64,000 nucleotides of DNA, taken from NCBI RefSeq assembly GCF_006345805.1, contig NC_043003.1, positions 40,734,001 to 40,798,000 on the forward strand, in the 5' to 3' direction. The translations under genes were made by a program, and so were the position numbers. The notes under the pieces were generated by a model. It searched no databases. It was not told where the DNA came from and saw only the letters and a list, made by a program, of their open reading frames with translations. Below are positions 28,888 through 43,397 of this stretch, piece after piece (the stretch's first letter is position 1; every line of letters begins with the position of its first letter). This DNA comes from Octopus sinensis. Taxonomy: Eukaryota.

Positions 28888-29122
28888 GTAATTATTTTAT
28901 TTCGTATATTTTTCACTTGTTTATTGCTATGGTTTTGTGTTGAGTTTGATCTGAGAACATAATCTTTTGTGGTGAATGGCGATTTGACGTCTATATCTAG
29001 CATGTTGACTGTCCACTTTTCGTGTTCAGTCCTTATTGGTATATATAAATAGTTAATCTTCGGATTCTTTTTTATATGCTAGACCACTGGTCTTAATTGA
29101 TAAATATCAATTTCTACCCTTA

Positions 29123-29175
<53 letters not shown>

Positions 29176-29292
29176 ATATATATATATATATATACTATAT
29201 AATATAGATATATCTATATATTAAATATATGACTTATAACTAATCTCAAAAAGTATAAATGAATGATAAAAAAATAATATAATATGTGAAAA

Positions 29293-29392
29293 CACCACGT
29301 ACGTTTCATGGCTACAATTAAATTCGAATTACAGTTATGTTTAAATTCAATTGGAATATATTCGATTAATAATTATAGTCAATCTTCAGGTT
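29293..29392 (-). ncRNA. Degenerate hammerhead-like motif with a long stem II
   Basis: Minus strand: CTGAAGA ttgactataatta...taattgtagccat GAAA cgtacg tg. The cleavage triplet is GUG and stem I is poor, so it is probably inactive. Confidence 0.45.
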
Positions 29393-30206
29393 AATGATAA
29401 TAGTTAAATAAATAAGCAAATAAGAAATTTCAAGAAATTTTCTGGTATTGTATTCTATATAACTATGATTGTAAAATTGAATCTATAATTATTTTAGTAG
29501 TTAATGATAATTTAGATATATATATTTAATTATTAGTATATAATTATAAGTGTACGTAAATTGTAAGATATTAGTTAGTCACTGTGGTATATAGATCATA
29601 TAATAGTCATACGGTTCTTTTACCATAGGTTATACGATTTTAATTTGATTTTTAATTTGTCATCTTTAATTTTTAAATTGTATTTCATAGATATATTCTG
29701 TAGATATTTATAATATTTATGTAAATAATAATGGACTAATTAATTAAGTTATTTTTGGTTATATGTCTATATATTTATTGATAGAGAAAATTTTAGATTT
29801 TTAATTACTATATTTGTTGATTATAATTTAGATACTTGTTTTTTTATTATTTTATAATTATTACATGTGAACTTAAATCTAAAAATGTTAATAATGATTA
29901 TTTTGTTAAATAATTTGGTAATTGAATATTAGAGTATAACTGAGTTAAAGATATTCGAGAATTTATTATGTTTTTTGAAGCCGAATTATATCTTCAAAGA
30001 TAAATACATATTTCTATCTATTTTTTAGTTTAAATATGAAAAATTAAATATTTAACATAATAGATGTGTTGTAGGAAATAATCCTAATGTTTTAAGTTTA
30101 TAATTTAGTTAATGGATTTTTTTTCTATAAGAAAAATTATTTATTTATTTCTTAAATAAATATTGTTTAACTCTATTTGCTTATTTATCTAACTATTATA
30201 TATATA

Positions 30207-30599
30207 CTCTTTTACTCTCTTTTACTTGTTTCAGTCATTTGACTGCAGCCATGCTGGAGCACCGCCTTTAATCGAGCAACTCGACCCCAGGACTTATTCT
30301 TTGTAAGCCCAGTACTTATTCTATCAGTCTCTTTTGCCGAACCGCTAAGTGACGGGGACGTAAACACACCAGCATCGGTTGTCAAGCAATGCTAGGGGGA
30401 CAAACACAGACACATATATATATATATACATATATACGACAGGCTTCTTTCAGTTTCCGTCTACCAAATCCACTCACAAGGCATTGGTCGGCCCGGGGCT
30501 ATAGCAGAAGACACTTGCCCAAGATGCCACGCAGTGGGACTGAACCTGGAACCATGTGGCTGGTTAGCAAGCTACTTACCACACAGCCACTCCTGCGCC
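30207..30599 (-). mobile_element. Full-length tRNA-derived CORE-type SINE (family B)
   Basis: Minus-strand head ggcgcaggagtggctgtgtggtaag...ggttcagtccc, CORE-like cttgggcaagtgtctt, and tail ctccagcatggctgcagtcaaatgactgaaacaagtaaaagag. Confidence 0.85.
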
Positions 30600-30779
30600 T
30601 ATATATAAATATATATATTGGTTATTTATGTATTGATTTGTGTCTATCACTGTTTGAGTTGCATAATAGTGGTTTTATCTCTAATTTATATTTGATATAT
30701 ATACTAAATTGAATTTTTCCCTGTAAGTTTGGAGTTATACTTCCTAATATAATAGAATATATATATATACATATATAAA

Positions 30780-31190
30780 AATGGGACAGGAACGCAAAAC
30801 ATCCACACAGTTTGGTGAAACGAAAAGGAACAACAAAATATCCAGACAGACGATACAAGGAAAACAAGGACGAATCATTCGGAGTTTTCTATCGTCAGTC
30901 GAGTTCCAGATTATCTTTGCAATTTCGGCTGGTTATACTCGGGATTGCTCCAAGCTGGCCATGCGCGTGTTTGAAATTGTGTGAAGACGACAGGGTAGTA
31001 GAATCGCCAGAGTATCAGAGAAAAGTATCTAGCCGTATTTCCAGTAATATTAGTTGTGACTTTGATTGTCTTTTCCAGGTATAATGGAGTATAATGCTTT
31101 AGACTTCCCATCTGAAGACCCTACATATTGAAAGAACATGTGAAATGACGGTGTATTTCAAGAATCGGGTTTCTGCATAGTGATTCTAAA
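30780..31190 (-). mobile_element. Possible Penelope-like element 3' remnant
   Basis: The minus strand reads HFTCS...KHYTPLYLEKT, weakly GIY-YIG-like. 30780-30910 is homologous in reverse to 58110-58245. Adjacent to (TA)n. Confidence 0.35.
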
Positions 31191-32350
31191 GTAGAATCAG
31201 AGACCGTGTGACAAGGCTGGGACTGTTGAATACAAGTACAGTCCATCTAATACGATTCTACATAGGTTGTCTCTACTCAATTTTAGTCACAGATTGGAGG
31301 TTGCATTAAACGCATTTGCGCAATATGCTTCTCAGTGAGACTCAGTTATTGGACCTGATCATTAGTACACAAACTTTGAGGTTAGGACTGATCTATAGAA
31401 ATATAGTTCAGAAGCTTTTACTGATTTGCTCAGCACCACACTGAATTTACACAGGTTTCAAGCATTAAGCTTAATCTCTCATATTTTCTCTCCTTCTATA
31501 CCTTAAAATAAATCATTATATTTCACTTTTACCAAAGAGATAACTAAACTAAAAAAAATATTAGACCCTATTCAGAAAAAAAAAAGAAATAATATCTATA
31601 TTTATGAGAAAACAGAATAGAGATTGCATATGTAAAATTCATCATCCTTTACCAAAATGTCGGACTTTTGGTTATATTGTTCACATTTAGGCAGAACTCC
31701 AACGAGTGGGAGAGTGGGTAGGTCTATTACACCGACCCCAGTACAGAACTGGTACATATTTTACCAACCCCGAAAGAATGAAGGCCAAACTCGACCTTTG
31801 AACTCAGACCGTAAAGACAATCGAACTGACGCAAAGTATTTTGCCTCGCGCACCAACAGTCCATTCTGGCAGCCCATTGCTTTGGAACCTTTTAATTATA
31901 TTAAACTGTTTGTTCCTCTGGCATCTATAAGAAACAATGGTTCAATCCATTTTATCCATTTACATACAAAAAAAAATTATTACTGATTTGTCGATATTAA
32001 ATCATGTTCTGTATATTGTAAATGACGGCAGACGGGAATTCTCTGCTTACTTGCGGTCCATTACGTTTTAAGCTCGAAAGCGGCTGGAGTCGCTTTTCTC
32101 GTTTTCAAGGTCGATAAAATTAGATAGTGCTCAAGATCTTGTGGGAAATTTACTCGACTGTGCATCGGAGCAACTACCAATTCTGAAACCAACGATGTTC
32201 AATCAGGTTGTAGATATCTCTGTGTTGATATGGAAGATTTATTTCCTTTAAGTGAAACGAAATCTTGGGGAAACAGATGGTGGGTGGAACTGAAAATACG
32301 AAATATATTCGATTAATCAATTCAAAATTTTTTTAAATAAGAAGCTGGTA

Positions 32351-32580
<230 letters not shown>

Positions 32581-33055
32581 AGCCACGCAACGAGAGGGGT
32601 TTCTGCATCGGTGAAGGAGATTCACGCTTAGTTATCGACACACCTACTACACTTCGTCATGTTATTGGTTATTTTTTGTCGGTATTGATGTCTTTTTATG
32701 CAGAGAGCGCCTGTTTTGGTACTATTTTTATTGTTTTTACGCAGACAAATACCAGCACAAAAACACCAACACCAGCACCAACGCCACTGGCAACACCAAA
32801 TCCTTCACAATAAAAAACAAAACAAAAAAATCAACATCATAACCCTCATCGTATTCATTATCACGTATATTCTATACACACACATATACATAGATATATT
32901 CATACATACATGCATACATACATACATACATACATACATACATACATACATACATGCATACATACATACATACGTATATATATGTATATATATATATATG
33001 GTATGTATGTGATATATATGTATGTATATATACATATACATACATACATACACAC

Positions 33056-33144
<89 letters not shown>

Positions 33145-33354
33145 CATTTGTGGTGCTCCAGCATGGTCAGAGTTTTCCGACTGAAAAGATTAAAAGAATA
33201 AAAGAATATATATGTACACAAGTTTATTTTTCAGTATTATCCAGTCATGCAAATAAATGTGTGTGTGTGTTTGTGTGAGTGTGAGTATAAATACATACAC
33301 ACTCCTACATATACATGATATATATATATATATATATAATATATATATATATAT

Positions 33355-33392
<38 letters not shown>

Positions 33393-34181
33393 ATTTATAT
33401 TATATATATATCCATATTTAGATTATGTATATATATATACATACGCATATATATATGTTTCTCTTCTTTTCATATTTATTTATATTACATTTGTTATTGT
33501 TTTATTTAGTTCATATTTTCACTTTTGTTTTTGTTTGTACTGTAATTACTGTTCCAAACATTATTGTTGCTTCGTCCACAAAATTGTACTTGTTATTGCT
33601 TTTGTTGTTGTTGTGGCTGTTTCACTATTGTTCTTTTCTTGCTTTCATCCATTAATATAGATTTATTTATCTTTATTATTACAATGGTTCGAATGACGCC
33701 AGCTACTGTTATTTATTTGTCCATGGGGTCGTGGTTTTGTTTCCGAAATAATCTATTGAACTTTCATACTAACAATTTCTCCTTTTTATTTAGTATTCTT
33801 TGTTCGTGGCTGAGTGTGTATGCATCACTATAGGAGGTGTGTATGCGTAGAATATATGTATGCGTAGGATAACTGCATACACGCACAAACAAACACACAG
33901 AACCACAGACACACAGACACACACACACATTAAAATATGTATGCACAACGTGTATATCACAATGTAAGAGCTGTAAGGTATATTGAAATTTATTTCACAT
34001 ACAGCAAACATTAAACAATATAGAACTCAATACGCGTGGGAGAGTGGAGAATTCTGTATATGTATATTTTATGAAATTTTGACAGTCTACTTCTGAAATA
34101 ATAAACCGGCCTATGTACATGTATGTAAATATATATGTGTGTGTGTGTGAGTGTGTGTGCGTGCGTGCATGTGTGTATTTA

Positions 34182-34217
<36 letters not shown>

Positions 34218-34296
34218 TGTATGTATGTATGTATGTATGCATGTATGTATGCATGTATGTATGAATGTATATATATATTATATATATATATATATG

Positions 34297-34345
<49 letters not shown>

Positions 34346-37300
34346 AGTATATATATATATATATAAGTCTTATTCCACCTAAAATGTTAGATTGTGTAAT
34401 CGCTGGCGAGGTAATTTTCGATGCCCGTTCTAGTCGAATAGCGCCGCAGCGTGTATGGACGCCTCGGACGCGAACGTATCTACGGCTGCACAAGAATACC
34501 TGGCATTTTGTATGGATCACGAGTGGTCTTCCTGGATCACAAGTGGTCAGCGACCATATATATATTCTATGAAAGTGTTATTCAGACACTCAATTAAGAG
34601 CCCACTGCATCTTATAGCAGAAACAACAGTAAGCTAATGAATTTCATACGTTAATTGTTCGTTTCTCATCTCATCTTCACACACACACACACGCACACAC
34701 ACACATACACACACGCACACACACATGCACACACGCACACACCACACACACCACACACACACACAAACATACACGTATGTATATATATATGCATATAGGT
34801 GCTTTAATCGGAGTATATATGTTATGATTTATTATTATATAGTTATTATTGTATAAAAAATTACTTTCGCAGTTGCTTTTCTCCGGGTTTGTTTACAAAT
34901 ATTATATATATATATATATATGTGCATGTGTGTATATGTATGTATGTGTATGTGCATATTAATGCACAATCATCCATATGTAAAGAAATATATGTATATA
35001 TAGGAATATATATGTATATTTTGTACACATAAATGTAATCAGACACACACGTAAAAAAACCCACAATTGAGTATGTAAGAGAGAGAAAGGGGGAGAAAGA
35101 AAAAGGAGAGATAGAGCGATACAAAGATACATATCTCCACAATGCTACAAATTCTAATCCCAAACACTTCGTCATGTAGCTTACATCCACGTTGGGACTA
35201 CACTCTAGTCTTATGGTAATTCTGTGATCAGCTTTTAAAATATGTTCTAAAGGAAAAATCCACAATGAAGCCCTGTCGAATGTTCCATGAGAATCGGTTC
35301 ACAGCAACACATGCTCTTTGCAACACATGCTCTTTGCAACACATGCTCTTTGAACTTCAAAAACATAGAACTAAATATTCATATCTAATAATTAAGTCGC
35401 TGAAACTTTGGATCTCATCTACATGTCGATCTCTCATATATACATCACATCTATAACATTACCGAATTGTTTTTGTCTCCCCATATAATTCCACAGAACG
35501 AAGTCATTGGGGAATATGTTTTCTATTGAAACCTCAGATCAAGTTTGAGGTTCTTTGTGAAATAGGATAGATAAATGGAAAACAGTCGAATAGAGAGTAA
35601 CTGTCATTCACATTCAGTACCACTGCTTGACCTTTGGTTCTCTCTAGCGGAGTCCATTCAGTTGAAAGTATTCAGAGTAGTCCTTCGCTCTGAGGATGAC
35701 TTAGGATGTTTAATTTTCTCTCTATCCACTACAGATTGCAGAGGACTTGGAAACAAGTCACTGGTTCTAATATTTTTACTGTAACTACGTTACAAATTCT
35801 GTACACGTATCTGGGAGAGAGAGTTCTCGGAACTGCAGTCGCTTGAAACTCCTTTTCTTGTTTACATTTTTTCCTTACAGATATTAATCAACATTAAAAA
35901 AAATAATTGAAACTGAATATGTACCGCCACAACTCCATAGGTCTGCTACATTCTGAAAATGCTATATTAGCGTAGAAATAGACTTAAATTTGTATAAGTC
36001 CTTCTGGGATTGAAGCACACAGAGTTAAAATATTGTGTGGTTTGAAACAGTATATTGCTAATACTTCATACCAAAATATACTGTTATGTATGAATAAATG
36101 GACAGTGAACAAATGGAAGTTGTACTACATGCTCTGTTGACCTGCGAGAAAAATTTTCCACATATCTCTCATATGGCTATCTACTCACAAAAGCATATTG
36201 AATAACATAGCTTCAGATAAACTACGAAAATGCAGAACGGACACAGAATGCTTTTCATCATGTGTCTGCTTGACCAAATCTGACCTGTGGCTAAATTATA
36301 CTGAAGAGAAAAAAATGCACCAATGTATATTATCTTGTCTACCACTAATATGTTGACTGCAATAACATTTACATTTGTACCTGGATACACTTCGCTTACA
36401 TGAAGAAAAATTGTTTCCATTTAATTACATAATTTTAGACACTGGCATAAAATGAGATTGTTTCCAAAGAAGCAGCTGGTAAGAACATGTATTTCGATTA
36501 CAGTTTATGGTGACAGGTAGACGAGGAATAAATCCTTTTCTACGAAGCGGATTTTGTACAATTCCCGATAGCACTTCAGAATTAAGTGTGCTACTTGAAT
36601 AATTCCTAATAAGACGCTAGCGACAGATTTGAATCCGAAACATTAGAACTGATAGTATAATTCTATCTAATTTACATTTTTGTCTGAAAGCTTTCAAGAC
36701 ATCGTACCTGATGACATACATTTTAGCAGGTAAACAAACGTGTATTGTGTAATATAATAGATTGAACATAGGGTCTGTAGCACTGATGGGTAGTACAATA
36801 TAATATTGTACTGTTTAATTGTGTTACTTTCGTACAGAGTAGCATAGTGAAGTTGACCGAAGATATGTTATAAAACATGTTATCTGCAGCAGCACAGTCT
36901 AAGATAGTAAAATCTCTTAAAGTAATCCTAGAAGAATAGAATAATTCCAACACAAAACAATTTACCAAAAAAGAAATATTTGCAAAATACTTAAATATGA
37001 CTAAAAACAGGAAACATTTTACAATTCTACATTCAGTCTACTGTCTGTACTTTATTCGTTGGACGTGGCGCCAGTTTCCAGACATTTCAAAAGTTAATGC
37101 TCTTTCAAAACTTTCCTATTGCTCTATATTTTCCATTGTAACGTGCACTTATAGAAACTTTTGGTGCCCTCTGCTTCTAGACAGCTGTTAGCTACTTCAA
37201 ATTTATCTTCCTTTTCTTCATGATCATCAATGGAAATATTTCCATTGCCATAGGAGGTCAAACAGTCTCTATGTGCTATATAAAAATACTATCATGGTTG

Positions 37301-37552
37301 TAAGTTTTAAACTGTAGCAATGCTACATACAAAACCATTTGACTTTCAATCGTTGACATTTTAAAATTTACCGTATTTCTAACAGAGAACAGTTTACCTT
37401 CTATTAAAATATTACCAGCGAACACATGCTCAAAAACAAAAAAGAAAAGAGACTTCTTACGTAGATCAAATCCAGATGTTTTATATAGATTAGAAAAACA
37501 CTTCCGTCATGTGGTCTGCATTCTTCACTCAATATATTATATATATATATAA

Positions 37553-37617
<65 letters not shown>

Positions 37618-37845
37618 GGATATTATAGCGACTAGGATAATATCGTAACACGGTCTTGCTACAGTCTCTTCTAAAAACGTCCGGTCTCGAAAACTAAATA
37701 TCACTCAGCTAGCTACAAATGTTCAGTTACTTAGTGCATGTAATCACAGTAATTGCATTTAAGCATCATACGCAAAGCCCTACCTAATTAACATTGGCAA
37801 TCAAATAACCTCTAGTAGTTGTATATATATATAATTGTTCTAAAT

Positions 37846-38154
37846 CAGGGGTTTCTCAAACGTTTTTGTCCATGGACTCATTTCATTCTCATTTTCTTTG
37901 GGTAGTCATTTGATGTTTTTATAATAAAAAAACTAGTAGGAATTGTATAAAGGTAATTGTTAAAATATTTTGTGCGTTGTGGACGTATGACCAAGTTATT
38001 GCAAATACACTTTACTAGTCTCAAGCACAACTTTTACATGGAACCTGAAAAATTACCGTGAACCACCAACTTATATAGTATCCATGGATTCCGTCCACAA
38101 AAATATCTTATCTAGACCCCGGGGTCTATGTGGACCCCCGGTTGAGAGCTCCTG
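37846..38154. mobile_element. Non-autonomous hAT (Charlie-like) element
   Basis: Imperfect TIRs caggggtttctcaa / ttgagagctcctg. Perfect 8-bp target-site duplication ttctaaat at 37838-37845 and 38155-38162. Confidence 0.85.
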
Positions 38155-38314
38155 TTCTAAATAAATGATTTGCAAATGAATTGCAATAACATTTTTTTCT
38201 TCTGAATTAACTTCAATTAACTTCTTTACTATTGTCGACTACATTCAATGTCTGATAGTAAATGAGAACGTATCAGTGGGCTAGCAATATAGCAAGAGAG
38301 AATGGGGAACGTTG

Positions 38315-38550
38315 AGGCGGCGACCTGGCAGAAACGTTAGCACACCGGGCGAAATGCTTAGCAGTATTTCGTCTGCCGCTACGTTCTGAGTTCAAATTCC
38401 ACCGAGGTCGACTTCGCCTTTCATCCTTTCGGGGTCGATTAAATAAGTACCAGTTACGCACTGGGGTCGATATAATCGACTTAATCCGTTTGCTTGGCCT
38501 TGTTTGTCCCCTCTATGTTTAGCCCCTTGTGGGGCAATAAAGAAATAAGA
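38315..38550 (+). mobile_element. Well-preserved SINE family A with tail type 2
   Basis: aggcggcgacctggcagaaacgttagc...gcctttcatcctttcggggtcgattaaataagtaccag...tttagccccttgtggggcaataaagaaat. Confidence 0.85.
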
Positions 38551-39211
38551 GAGAAGGGGAAACAACTAGTAATTGAGGTAAGGGTAAAGGAACAGAAAAG
38601 CTATATGGATCTGATTTTGTCGACACCTACACTGGAAGAATTTCACAACTAGGATGAACAACCACATCCAGAAATAAGGTAAAATCGAGTCGATTCAAGA
38701 GTGTGATTTCCTTATCAGGTTTATAGCAAACAAATGCCAGGCGATAAATGTGACTTCAAACGATTTCAAATTTTGGCACAAGGCCAGAAGTTTTGTGGCA
38801 TACATACATACAACATACATACATACATACATACATACATACATACATACATACATGCATACGCACATACATGCATATATACATATATGTGTGTGTATAT
38901 ACACAGAATGCGTTTAGTGTTACAATCCAAGCTGTGTCCTCATGAAGCACATTTGTGTATTCCAATATTCCATAATCGTTCGTAGATGTTATACTTGTGT
39001 GAGGTGTGTATTAAATATGAAAAATACTGGAAAATATATGCAGACCTCGTTAGATAGAGTTACATAGATAGTGAGAAAGAGAGGGCGAGAGAGAAGGAGT
39101 GAGTGGAGGAAAGAGAAGAAACTGGAGCAATAAGTAGGACTCAACAAGTAGGACTCATCGTGAACACTCAGACATATGTCAATGGTGTGGGGTGTAGCGT
39201 AGTCTAACATA

Positions 39212-39245
<34 letters not shown>

Positions 39246-40112
39246 ATTCTGATTGGGTGATCTTATTGGGCAACAATAAAATGTACCTGATCATTAGAAA
39301 AGGAATCTATATATTTGCTTATTGTCTCCTTATAGCATAGACAGTGCTTTCAGCTCTCGCTCTCACAGAAGAAAGACGTGGTTAGGAAAGAAGGCGGGAG
39401 GAAGATACTTTAAAAAAGAAGAATGACTAAAAAATATATGAGCAATATCGAGGAATTGTAAGAGGAGTGTTTGAAGGAGGTAAACTGAAAGAGATGAGTG
39501 CGGAAACAATCTCAGATGAGATCCAGAAGCAATCAAGTGAAATGGTAAGAAGGAAAGGGGTAAATAATACAAATGGAAAAAGGCGAGGATTATTGCTCGG
39601 AAGAGATGGGAGAGAGTAAGAGGTGATACTCGAGGTGGTATAAATAGGAGTGGATATGGAGGGAGAGACAGTTCTGGAGGTGGAGGCGATAAGAAAGAAG
39701 AAGGTGGCACAGTAAGATTTCGAGAAAGACTAAATGAAAGGGGTGGGGAATAGAAATTGGGGTCAACCAGTGTCCCCCTTCGTATTTATCAAGTCGGGGT
39801 TGAATAAGCAAAGTGAATATGAAAGAACATTATTTATGGAATGGTAGGAAAGATGCGTTATTAGTGCATTGTGATAGCGTGTAAGTACATGTCTATCTAT
39901 CTATATATATAGATATAGATATAGATATAGATATGTGTGTGTGTGTGAGTGTACACGCATTCAAGTAAACACATAAATCCAGAACAAGGTGGAAAAGATA
40001 ATACTCGAATACATAAGGTAGAGTAATATGCTTTTTATTAAAGCTGCAATATTTTGACAAAACTGCTCCTCAGTTTTTCATGTGTGTGTGCGTGTGAATA
40101 CATATATATGTC

Positions 40113-40410
40113 GTTGTTTGTTCCTTCTCGAGCCACGCCTGGCTCATAGCGCCGGTTTCCCGGTTTCCTTGGCGTATAGATACCCACCTGGACGGGACGG
40201 CGGTCCGTCGCAGCTGAGCTGCAAGATGCAGGAGGAAAGAGTGAGAGAAAGTTGTGGCGAAAGTGTCAGCAGAAGTTCGCCATTACCTTTTGCCGGAGCC
40301 GCGTGGGGCTTAGGTTTTTCACTCATAAACACATACATCGCCCGGTCTGAGATTCGAACCCGCGATCCCTCGCCCGCGAATCCGTTGATCTAACCACTAG
40401 GCCATGTGCC
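40113..40410 (-). mobile_element. tRNA-derived SINE (family D)
   Basis: Minus-strand head ggcacatggcctagtggttag...gggttcgaatctc with A and B boxes. The internal segment ttcgccacaactttct is shared with about 44580. Confidence 0.75.
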
Positions 40411-40764
40411 TACACACACACATAGTAATGTTTATTATATTAATTTCTGACTGAGGCATAATTGTTTTCAGAGAAAGGAGGTGGGGGGGATTACATAGAT
40501 ATCAGTATTTAACTGGGGATTTATTTTGTCAAGCCAGCACTGATGGAGGGCAAACTTGACCTCGGTGGGAATTTGAACTCAGAATATAAAAACCCAGAAC
40601 AAATAGTGTACAGCAGTTTTTCGCCGCTCTAACGATCCTGTTATCGCGCTGCAGCAGTCGCTGTTGTAGCTGCAGCTGGTGTTATTGTTGCTGCTTCTTC
40701 CCTCCTTCTCCTCCTCCTCCTCCTTCCCCTCCTGCTGCTGCTGATACTACTACTACTGCTGCTG

Positions 40765-40842
<78 letters not shown>

Positions 40843-40849
40843 GTAACAA

Positions 40850-41056
40850 TAATCCTTTCTATTATAGGCACGAGGCCTGAAATTTTGAGGAAGGGGACCA
40901 GTCGATTATATCGACCCCAGTGGTTCACTGGTACTTAATTTATTGACCTCGAAAGAATGGAAGGCAAATTCAACCTCGATGGAATTTGAACTCTGAACGC
41001 AGCGACGGGCGAAATACTGCTAAGAACTTCGTCCAGCATGCTAACAATTCTACCTT
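40850..41056 (-). mobile_element. SINE family A (a further degenerate copy lies at about 40470-40640)
   Basis: aatcctttctattataggcacgaggcctgaaatttt...actggtacttaatttattgacc...ggaatttgaactc. Confidence 0.75.
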
Positions 41057-41070
41057 ACTACTTCTGCTGT

Positions 41071-41129
<59 letters not shown>

Positions 41130-41502
41130 ATAATAATAATAATAATAATAATCCTTTCTACTGTAGGCACAAAACCTGAAATTTTTGCTGAGGGGGTAAG
41201 TCGCATAAATTTGGTAGAAGCACTGGACAATATGGAAAAGTCTGCTCGATTACATCGAGTCCACTTCTTTCATTCATTCGTGAAACTCTCAGCCCCTGAG
41301 TCACGTTGTTCCTTCTTCGGATTAAAGATAAATATGTATGCATACATACATACATACATACATACATACATACATACATCATACATATATATATTATATA
41401 TATATATATATATATATGCATATCTATCTATCTATCTATCTATATATCTATCTATCTGTCTTAATGTTTGTCTATATATGTAAATATATGCGTATATGTG
41501 TT

Positions 41503-41545
<43 letters not shown>

Positions 41546-41593
41546 TATTAATATATATAATAATAAGTATATATATATAAGTATATATATTTA

Positions 41594-41642
<49 letters not shown>

Positions 41643-42608
41643 GCAAACACACAAACGCACACACTCACACACACACTCGCACACGCACACACATTGAGCA
41701 AGTGCAGTCAGCATCCTACATAGAAACACCTGGTCATGTGACAAATAAGCAATAAACCAAAGTTCTGTTATGTTTGAAACAATGATGGCGAATAGTGGTA
41801 AAGTTGTTAATGCTTCGGTGAAAATGCCTAGCCGTGTACATTTAGAATTTAAAATTTCGTTGGAATTCCTCAATAATTAATAAAAAAGTAAAGTACTAGT
41901 GAACTACTAGGACTTGACATGAAAGGAAAACACCCGCCAGAAAATTAGTAGGTCTTATGCCTGTAATCGAAATTTTGATAGCAATCTTATATATTTGTCG
42001 ATAATGTTGGCTATCAACCGGTACTTTAGTTTAGGTAGAAAAATAAAAATAAAAATAAAAATCTACATAATAATCACAACAAAAAAACAATATTTTCCTT
42101 ACTGTCCGTCTGACCGTCTGAGTTAAAAGACCTCTTAGTGACCCAGGGTGGGAGATGGTGGGATGAAAAAATTAACTCGTCATTCCAAGACTCAGCTACA
42201 AGATCTGACACAGAGAAAGACATCAAAGGATGTCATATTCTTTGCTTTGATTATTTCCTTCTTTTGCTTTGTTGTTTTAATATCGCTGTTACAGTATGTT
42301 AGAGATTGTGCGTTCGCGCACACACATGTGTGTGTACATATCTTTGCATATGTGTTTACGTTATGTGCTACTGTGGCTATATGAGTGTACGACTGCGTGT
42401 GTGTATTTATTTGTGCATATGTATGTAAAATTTCATCGTTTATGTGTACGTATATTACGCTGTGTCTGTATACGTATATATGTTCATTGTGTATATTTAT
42501 ATCTTGTATATTTTATTGCGTATTAACGTATGTATTTTTGTTTGTGTGCATGTGTGTGAATATGCGTGCTTTTTTTGTATTTGTGGGTGAGGAAATTCCT
42601 TTTATCCT

Positions 42609-42708
42609 NNNNNNNNNNNNNNNNNNNNNNNNNNNNNNNNNNNNNNNNNNNNNNNNNNNNNNNNNNNNNNNNNNNNNNNNNNNNNNNNNNNNNNNNNNNN
42701 NNNNNNNN
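42609..42708. other. Assembly gap (100 N)
   Basis: Run of N; true distance and orientation across it are unknown. Confidence 1.
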
Positions 42709-43397
42709 AAAACAATCCCCTTAAGACACATGGGGAGTGTTGCAGTTAATTAACGATCATATTATTGAAATTTGTCTTTTTGGTTCTTGTTTTCCGTTGC
42801 TGCTCGTGTTTATATTCGACACTTCATTACAATTAACCAAAAGCTTAACTATCTTCGTCGTCTCGTCGTCGTCGTCGTCACGTCGTCGTCGTCATCATCA
42901 TCATCAGCTGCAGCAGCAGCAGCAGCTTCACCACCACCACCACCACCACCACCACCACCATAACGCTATACGTACGCACGCACACACACATACACACACA
43001 CACACAAACACACGACACATACATAGCCGTAATCCAATCACGAAATCCCTGTTTCAATTTATGTGTGAGTGCGTGAGTGTGTGTGTGCATGTGTGCGTGC
43101 GTGCGCGTGCATGTGTGTATGCATGTATGCATGTGTTTGTGTGTGTATGTGTGTGAGTGTGTGTTTGTGTGTGTATAACACTAAGCCCGGTTTAAATTAC
43201 TATTTCTGTAGAGTTTATGTTTTAATGGAGCACTGAAGTTAGAAACTCAGAAAAATCGACGAGATTCTCTTTACACACACACACACACACGCACACACAC
43301 ACACACACACACATACACACACACACACACATACACACACGCACACACACACACACGCACAGACACACGTATACACAAACATCGATAAACACGGATT

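Noticed and set aside
42737-43156. His/Gln/Ser-rich ORF resembling a transcription-factor low-complexity region
   Set aside because: Compound trinucleotide and dinucleotide repeats next to a gap, with no domain or clear splice context.
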